Assembly: GCA_907165135.1 (NCBI GenBank)
Contig: OU015568.1
Span: 13,206,001-13,270,000 of the forward strand
Reading direction: 5' to 3'
Length of the DNA: 64,000 bases
Source of the DNA: Oikopleura dioica
Taxonomy: Eukaryota; Animalia; Chordata
The translations under genes and the position numbers were made by a program. Of the stretch, positions 55,922 through 64,000 are shown one piece after another; position 1 is the stretch's first letter, and each line of letters starts with the position of its first letter. The notes beneath the pieces are model-generated. The model saw nothing but the letters and a program-made list of their open reading frames with translations, did no database searches and was not told the origin of the DNA.

Positions 55922-58228
55922 TTACAATAGTTCTAACGTATAGGCAGTCGGCCACAGATATTTGACGCCTTCTATCATTGGATCGATAAGGTAACGAGGA
56001 GAATTAACAGGAAGATTATAGCTTTTAGCTCCACTTGAATCTTTTTGTCGTGTTAATATTTTATCGAAAAAAGTCATAAAGTTCATTTGTCTTCTGACAA
56101 TAACAAGAGACTCAAGATATAGATTATACTGAAAGAAAATAAACACATTCCTTTTATAACGAACTCGTCTTCGTTTCTGTCGTTCTTAACAATTTTATCA
56201 ATGACAACTGAGTGAAATCCGACTTCTCCTTGAGATAAATAACATATTGTTCCAATCATCGGCTCACACGCCTGCAGATCGTACCTAAGAAAAATTTCTC
56301 TCTGAATCATCTTTCTTGGCGAAAACGAAGCTCTGCTGAAATACTCTGGATACTTTTCTTGCATCTTTGTCATATGCAAAATGATTTTCCAACCTTCATC
56401 TTCAAGGTACGATTTTTTGGTAAGCCTATTCAGAACTCTTATTAATGCTGTTGTCTGGAGATCTTGCGTGCTCGTATCGATTTCCGGTTCATGTTGTTGA
56501 AGGTCGAGGCCTTCAGCTGTACGAGGAACCAAATTGAAGATGATTGTAAGAAGAATATTTTTTTGTGTCAACAAACTATCTCCAAGAACATCTTTTTTGT
56601 CATAAAAAAGTCGACGAGACAGCAGAAACTTCTTTATGCAATATCGGAAAATGTCGGAGACCGCGAATATTGTGCAAAGATAGGTGCTTTTCTGATCAAA
56701 CGCTGTCCGTGAAATCATTAAACTTCTTGACAGCATAATTTGCTCCAATGAAAAGTCAACATTCTCGAAGTTATGAGAACATAAAGTTCTCACTCCTGCT
56801 TGTTCGATTCCAAAAATATTGGAATTGAAATTGACTTCTACAATCGACTGAGCTCGTTCGACCATCTGCCAGATTGTTAAATGATAGGGTCTGTTTTCTG
56901 AGAAGGCTGTCATAATATTTTTAAATTCTGTTCGAAAGTTCAAAAGACCAGCTTCTGTGAATCGATCGTCAATAAATAATTGTTCTTGATAATTTTCAAT
57001 ATGATGGAAATTGATTTTCCAGGCACTTTCCCAGTCGCAAAGAAGGAAAATCATGATCCGGAAGAGGGGTTGATTATTTGCAACGCCTTGATAAAGCTGC
57101 TGGCCAACGCAAAACCCGGGAGTTCCTCCCTTGAGTCCCCCGCCATCAGTTATCTTAAACTTTGACCCATTTCGGATGTATCCCATTTCACGAAAGCTCT
57201 TTTTTCCAGTCGCTTCGCACATAATTCCAAAATCTGCGAGTCGCAATTCATATTTTCCTTCTTTATTTTTGATGAGTAGAATGTTTTGAAGCTTCAAATC
57301 AAAATAAAACAATTGTAGTTTCCATAAATAAGCGAGAACTTCTTTAAGTTCTATGACAATCCTTTTACGTTCAGTTATGTCAATTAGATTCCGTTGCAGA
57401 GCAGTTGAAAGATCCATGTCAGCCCGTGAAGAAACTGTTATCCATCCAAGACAATCCTGCTCATTTGTGTCGTCCTCGTGAAAAATTTCAACGTTGACGT
57501 AATTGAAAAGGAGGTTTTTATGATATGGGAACAAGCCTTCTTCTTTGTGGACTTACTTATTTGCATTACAGACTATGTGGAAAATTTATACTTGATGCAG
57601 AATCAATGCGTAGGGAAAAGTAAATCTTTTCCTGAAAGATTGTCCTGATTTACATGATAAAATTGATCAGCCTTATTTATCCTCAATTTTACATCAAGTC
57701 GAACTGTTTTGCTAAAAAGCGCCGACGAGAAGGGGTGAAAACGGTAGACAAATTTCTTTTGTAAAATCTGATCGCCAAGCACCAACGCCTCCCCTCCACA
57801 GGAGATAATAGCGGGGTAAAATAGCTGAGATTCCAATTCTACCCATTTTCCCTGAAAAGGATGATGAGGAATACGATAGTTTAACTTACTTGATTCCCTT
57901 CTAAGTTGTGTTTATGAATTTGTATAAAGCGTCTTTTCGGGTATTCAAAGATGAAATTTCTAATCACCCATTTTTGATATGCGCTCATCGAATGACTCTC
58001 TAGGAATTCTCCTTGGTCATCAAGAACGTCCATTTTCTTCGTCACTGTGTCAAAATTAGCGACTGACCATTCCAAATAATTGTTCTTATTTAAGAAATTC
58101 ATTCGATTGACGGACTCAATAAGCAAGCTTCGACCATTTCTGTGACATTCCCGAGCGATCTCTGGGCGTTTGAGTAGCCTTCGGATTTTCTCTTCAGTGA
58201 AATTATTACAAAATTCTGAAAGCCCCAT
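55922..58228 (-). CDS. Divergent protein-kinase domain fused to a C-terminal papain-fold cysteine-protease-like domain
   Basis: Kinase motifs are ISCGGEALV, HKNLL, YFDLKLQNILL, LADFG and GGTPGF. The C-terminal part has FDQKSTYLCTIFAVS (Q-x5-C) and GFHSVVIDKI. Confidence 0.75.
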
Positions 58229-58420
58229 GTTCTTTGATTAATTCTTTGATAATAAGAGCGACAAGCCATGAGATGTCGAGTTTACTTTCCCTTTTCCTTT
58301 TTCATATTTACGAATCTTGTTTTATGATGACTCAAGTCAAACAAAAGCGATTCAAAAGATTCAATTTTATTAGTAAGAAAGATCATGTAGGAAAAGGTAA
58401 AAGACATAGAGGTAAGTAAG

Positions 58421-59064
58421 TTAGAACATATCAGTGGTCCAGTCAGAGACGGGTCGAGCTGCAGCTTCGAGACTTTCGAGCCAGTCTTTGCCGTCGTTGG
58501 GATCAGCAGTTGGGAAGCATTGGCGGCAAACGGAAGAGAGTTCAGCGCCGTTAGCTAATAGTTGAATGAATAGCTTGTCTTGATTGATTGAAAACTTACC
58601 GTCTGTAAGAGCAGTAGTGCACTGGCCATATGAGTTTTGCTTCATGTTGTTCTTGCATGCTCGCTTTTGCTTGCATCTCATGGAGACGGACTCAATCGCA
58701 CCACCTCGTCGTCGTTCTTCCAGCTGGCATGATCCTTGATTAGCCTGGCAGTCGACCTCAACGCCGGAGCTAAAATATTTTTACACGTTTTTTTTTCAAT
58801 CTGTTGAAGCAATTTTAATCCTTTGCGACCTTTTTGCTGCCATAAAGGTTAAGTTGCCTACAATACTCAAAAAATTAGTTTTTCTTTTCAAAAATACTTC
58901 CTAATTTAAAAGAAATTGTCTGATAACAAAAAAACATTCAATGTTATTCGCTATGAAATTTTTACTTACGCAACACAGTCCGCAACAGTTGCTCCGTAGC
59001 ACTCAAAGCACTTGCTGATTGTTTGAGCAGAAGCGAAGGAAGCGATGATGGCAAAAAGTTTCAT
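58421..59064 (-). CDS. Small secreted Cys-rich protein, copy B (paralogue of 54761-55236)
   Basis: MKLFAIIASFASA signal peptide and two GT-AG introns. KCFECYGATVADCVASGVEVDCQANQGSC...CKQKRACKNN...SVCRQC aligns with copy A. Confidence 0.75.
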
Positions 59065-59449
59065 TTTGTTTTATTTGAAAAGTGCTCGGAAAATATTTTT
59101 CGATGATGAGAACGTCTTTAGACGCTGCTTTTATAGGGTTTATCTGGCGCTGTTGGTGGTGTTTTGGATATAGATTCGCGTCTAGGTAAGGCCTTAATCA
59201 CGGTTCTGTCAATTGGAGATTACCCACGTGGATTGATCCTAAACCTGCTCAGATTTCAGCGCTCAGAGCGTAAGTCGTTATCAGATTATGAAAAGTGTGC
59301 ATTAGAAAGTTCGAAAATCATAATGTAGAATTTGGGTTTAGAGGCGTACCCACGTTACAAATTAGAATTTTCTGACGTCATGTGTATGTTATCATAGGCA
59401 TCTTTATTAAAATAAAAATACAAAAGTTCGGATACAGATTTTGAACTCA

Positions 59450-59822
59450 TCATTCCAGGTACTCGTCAGCTGTTAAGTCGCAATCGTACTGAAAGTGATT
59501 ATTTTTCAAAACAAAAAGGGGTAAACTTACCACAGAAGAAAACCCTTGCTTGAATGCCCTTTCCATCGCTGATGTCATTTCAAGTGATGATTCAAGCGAA
59601 ACTAAAGATGGAACTTATGACCGGAAAAAGACGATAATTTCGATTGAAAATTCGAAAATCTAACGAGCTTCCTGTTCTGGTGAACTTACCGAAAGCATGC
59701 GCGGCGCAGCCTTGCTCTGGATCGAAGTTCCTTGAGATGAAAGAAAAATAACGTCCGGTCGTGCTATCGGTCCCGCAGTAGGAGACCATATGAAGAGGGA
59801 TGAATGTTGAATATGTCAGCAG
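59450..59822 (-). CDS. MAPK8IP1: JNK-interacting protein (JIP1/JIP2-type) PTB domain, last three exons (59690-59822, 59531-59601, 59450-59488); 5' part unresolved
   Basis: Spliced sequence is VSYCG...RYFSFISR...AHAFVSLESS...ERAFKQGF...YDCDLTADEYLE*. It parallels the JIP1 C-terminus as I recall it (ISFCG...KYFGFITK...CHVFVSEDST...GRAFQQFY...YTCPTEDIYLE*). Confidence 0.72.
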
Positions 59823-60968
59823 CTGAAATTTTATGATCAGAAATAGACTCATCTAAAATAACATCAAAAATACATAAAAAATCTCAAACTACTCCAAACT
59901 GGTCACGTGACCAAAGTGAAGGGTGATTTTTATCAGATGATTCAAGTAGGAGTGATAAGCCTCGGAGCTCCCGTCAAGGATCGCGCACAAAAGAGGCTGA
60001 ATGACGAGGAAAATTTTAAGAGAAGGAAAATTATGAGCTCAGTTGCCGCTACAATAAGCTCTTATACGAACGGACTGGAAGAGGGAACGTTTATTATCTG
60101 ATACGGCTTCTAAATTGGTTATAAATTTTGTTCAAAATATTCAAGTTAGAAGCTCGGAAAAGTGATTGTTGTAATCAAGCGAAATTCGAAGCGCGTCTAT
60201 ACGCTTGCTTGCAGGTTTGCCAAGTTCAAACAATATCTAATTGAGGAGATTTTATAAATGCTGAGCTACTCAGCGAGATTAGGATTAGCTCGGAGGATTA
60301 AAAGGACTTTAGTGCGTCGACGTTGACCTCTGCCAGGAGTGCTACGCGTCAGGGACAGTTTTTGGCTCCCACCAGAGAAACCATACTTGGTGAGTTCTGA
60401 GTTATGCAATTAAATTTCGTCACGAGCTTCCATAACGAGTAAATTTCTAGCGTTTGGCAGCGAACAGGGCAGAACTCATTTAGTTGCTCTTGTGGCGAGC
60501 GACATATCATCCGAACGCTATTTACAGAGCATTTCACGAGGTACAGACTTAACTGCGGAAAACATCGCCTGACTCGAGTCAGTCGTGCATTGTCTAGGAT
60601 CGCAACAACTCCCTTTGCCACTCTTATCAGTTCGATAATATCACTTACACTTCACAAAAGAGAAGCTAGAATATGGGTAGAAGTGAGCCTCGGAGAATTC
60701 CTCCGAGACTGAGCTATATGAGCATGCTAGGGAGTTGTTTTAAAATAAGGGCATTATTAGTAATTATCTACTAAGTGAGCGCCATCAAAACTGGGCGAAC
60801 GGAACAACAGGTTCCACCCAGACCACTACTACCACAAATAACTCCTCCACAGACGCGACAGATTCTCACGTAATTGGCGCCTCGAGTCCGTCAACACCGA
60901 CTGCATCATCCGCTCCATCAGAGGCAAAATAATCACTTCACTTTCAAGGCTAACCAGATATTCAGACA

Positions 60969-62950
60969 ATGGACAGACGCGCTCGAGTAAATGAACTGCT
61001 TGGAACTTACCACCCTTCCAATCAGAGTTCAAACGTACCAACAACAAGCTCTTACTCTTCGATTCGAGGTACGAGCAGAGCTGGGGACTATCTCAATCCA
61101 GGACCAGTTGCAGAAAGGCGACTCAGGACAGGCTATAATATTCTAAATTGTGGTAATTTGTGGACAATTTCTGTCTCCAATAGTTTTTGAATAAGCCAAA
61201 CTCAAGCACTGAGCGACGATCGAGCAACATTTCCCTGGGAGATGATTCGAGTCCTTCATATACGTCTAGCTATCGCTCAAGATCTCCGTCAAGATACAAT
61301 CCCGAGAATTCAAATTACGCGCAACGACGTGCACGTCTCGGCCTTGACAACAACGACGACTCCACACCTTCTTATTCCGCGACAAGGCGGGCTCGTTTAG
61401 GTTTGGACAACGACGACGACAATAAGTAAGTCGTTATAGCGAGACTTAACTCAAACCTTTATAGTTCTTCTTACACATCTCGACGATCCCGACTTGGTCT
61501 CGATAACGATTCGGCTGGAGATTCTTACACAAGTAGATATGCAAGGCAGAGAAGTGAACGAGAGAGTAGCGCATCAGATATCTCCAGAATGTCAAGAAAC
61601 TTAGAACGTTCAGTTTCATCCATTCTATCTGGTAACTTCAAATATCAGAAATTATTTTCTTGATGTCAGGTGATTACCGACGAGGTGCAGAGTCTCGATC
61701 CTTTATCGAAGAGTACGAAAATGATAGAAGAGCTAGAAACGGTCTATCTCGCCTTGGAAGCGAAGAGCCGTCTACTTCTCGATCGACAAGATACGGTGCT
61801 GATGAAGAAGAACCTTCTGGAAATGGTGGTTTGTCAAAAGAAGAGGAAGAAATGGCCGCGAAAAACTTGGGTGGGTTGACGAAAAAGAAGCGGAAAAAAG
61901 AATCGGTACTGGCTGGTACGAAAAAGAGAAACAACGTCAAAATCAGGAATGAGATCAAAATTTTTTATTCATCACCAAATTGTCTGGGGTCTATTTTGAT
62001 CTGATAAAAGCAAGCTGAAGCCGAGAGGGTATCGCAAGAAGCTATTCAACAAGAAGAAGAAGAGCTTGATTTGGAAGAGGAACTAAGCCCAGAAGAAATT
62101 GTACTCCGAATGAATAATGTAAACATAAATGAATTCGGTCGAGACCCAGACAAAGCTTCGGTTCAATAGAAACAAGATCAGACTTTGAGCTGATGGTATT
62201 TTATGAATTAAATATTGAACCATGCTAAAAGGTGATGTTGTTTTCTTGGCGCAGTGTCAATGCTTCCGAGCAGAGTCAGAAATCATCAAAAAGCACTCGA
62301 ATAAATTGACAAGACTTGTCGAGGAGCACATTGGCGAAGAGTTCATTCCCCTCGAATGTTCCGCAGTTATTCTTGATCATTTGCTCAATTCGTTCTACAG
62401 CATTTCGAGATTAAAGTTGGAAACGATAGGTAAATTATTTGATTTAAAAGCTAAGCTAACGATGATTATAGAATGTCTGATGCTTTTGCACGCCGCACAG
62501 CGATATGAATGTAGAAAAACACGTGACTGGTGCGTCGAGCAAATCAAGAAAACACTCGTGTCCTCAGATGCGATGGCGTTATTAGTGGCGCTGGACATTG
62601 TCGCTAGATATTGTCAGAATCCACCACCTCAACTTGACAACCTTGTAGCCAGCTGTGTCAACTATCTTATCAACAACAACGCGTTTGGACGTATTGAGGG
62701 AGTAAAGCAATTCCATCCAAAGATTTTCGCTATGGACGAGTCAGTCCTCACACAATTAGCGGTTGGTGTCGCCGAAAATGGCTCAGGGAAAGGGTCAATT
62801 CATGAAGAATTGGAAAGATTAGCCAGAACTTTTATAGAACCCTTCGAAAAGGAGACTCGATCGTCGAATTTTGAAAAATTCTTAATCTTTGGGCGGGAGA
62901 GCAACGGTAAACTTGTCATAAAAAGCTTTATAACTAGGGGAAATCACTAA
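60969..62950 (+). CDS. BTB/POZ(-BACK-like) protein with a repetitive Ser/Arg-rich N-terminus
   Basis: GDVVFLAQCQCFRAESEIIKKHS...LLNSFYS...LLHAAQRYEC...WCVEQI fits the BTB/BACK pattern. N-terminal exons carry three RRARLGLDN-type repeats. Confidence 0.7.
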
Positions 62951-63903
62951 TAATTTGACTTTTTTTAGGGCTTAGTAGGGTGGGCTTATAATACATTTTT
63001 AGAAAGCCCAGAAGCTGGGAAACATTTTGACTATAGATACTTGGGGGTGATCTCGTACCCTGAGGGCATTTAGGTACGTCCAAAGTCCCAAAATCTGGCC
63101 AATTCCAGAAATTGGAATTTTTGAGGCAATAACTCGACCTTTCAGAAGGTGCAATCTATCCCAGATTGTAGCCCAGGCTCTGAGGGTCATTTTGAGATAT
63201 AGAAAAGTACTGAGACCCGGGGGTTTCTGAGGAGGTAGAGGCTCTTGAAGTTGGGGCACTCGACAAAAATTGAGTACTTTTTTACAAAAAGTACACCATT
63301 TGTGTCACAAATGCCTCCCAAACACTTTTTATCTATGTTTTTTCGTTAAAAAATATTTAAGGAGTCATTTGGGGCATCCGAGGTCAGATCGGGTCACTCA
63401 TGAGAGTTTTCTAAATTTTTCATAATTTTTGACCTAGAGTGACCTCAGATGACCCCAAATGACTCCTTAAATATTTTTAAACGAAAAAACATAGATAAAA
63501 CGTAGATAAAAAGTGTTTGGGAGGCATTTGTGACAAAAATGGTGTATTTTTTGTAAAAAAGTACTCAATTTTTGTCGAGTGCCCCAACTTCAAGAGCCTC
63601 TACCTCCTCAGAAACCCCCGGGTCTCAGTACTTTTCTATATCTCAAAATGACCCTCAGAGCCTGGGCTACAATCTGGGATAGATAGCACCTTCTGAAAGG
63701 TCGAGTTATTGCCTCAAAAATTCCAATTTCTGGAATTGGCCAGATTTTGGGACTTTGGACGTACCTAAATGCCCTCTGGGTACGAGATCACCCCCAAGTA
63801 TCTATAGTCAAAATGTTTCCCAGCTTCTGGGCTTTCTAAAAATGTATTATAAGCCCACCCTACTAAGCCCTAAAAAAAGTCAAATTATTAGTGATTTCCC
63901 CTA
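62935..63903. mobile_element. hAT-like non-autonomous, almost fully palindromic element, 969 bp
   Basis: Termini are TAGGGG...CCCCTA with an 8-bp TSD TTTATAAC at 62927-62934 and 63904-63911. The arms are 62935-63386 and 63440-63903 around a ~53-bp spacer. Confidence 0.9.
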
Positions 63904-64000
63904 TTTATAACCATACTGTGATATTCAGCGAAAGCTCCCGAGGTGCACAATTAAAAGATATCCTTGAGTGTCTAAGGCTTGAAGATAAGCTCAACTCTAC

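Noticed and set aside
61320-61510. Short spaced direct repeats superficially like a CRISPR array
   Set aside because: They are degenerate coding repeats in a spliced eukaryotic gene, with no constant repeat/spacer structure and no cas genes.
62999-63259. 86-aa ORF within the terminal palindrome
   Set aside because: It lies in a MITE arm and shows no hAT transposase features.

Overview
AT-rich, gene-dense eukaryotic DNA with many short introns (down to ~36-47 bp) and several GA-AG and GC-AG introns. That architecture fits the larvacean tunicate Oikopleura dioica (inference, not a database match). Recognisable genes are USP5/13 (3' part), geminin, a vasa-type DEAD-box helicase, endosulfine/ARPP19, a C-terminal RING gene with a frameshift, a Thr-rich mucin-like gene, a 4x C-type-lectin receptor, two tandem 'split-RING' genes, choline dehydrogenase, a Kir3/GIRK channel, two paralogous small Cys-rich secreted proteins, a JIP-type PTB protein and a BTB protein. 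Mobile DNA consists of one complete and very young 3.3-kb LTR element, two Tc1/mariner-like non-autonomous elements, a Mutator/Foldback-like element with a nested TTAA MITE, and a near-palindromic hAT-like element. The LTR element has TA...TA LTR ends and fuses gag-protease in frame to an apparent integrase C-terminus with no RT. The strongest leads are (1) a divergent kinase fused to a papain-fold protease-like domain, (2) the RT-less but recently mobile LTR element, which interrupts a host exon, and (3) the tandem SIM-bearing RING genes whose last Zn-ligand pair is displaced by ~145-160 residues. All domain calls are by-eye motif recognition; no searches were run. No CRISPR, rRNA or tRNA gene was seen.
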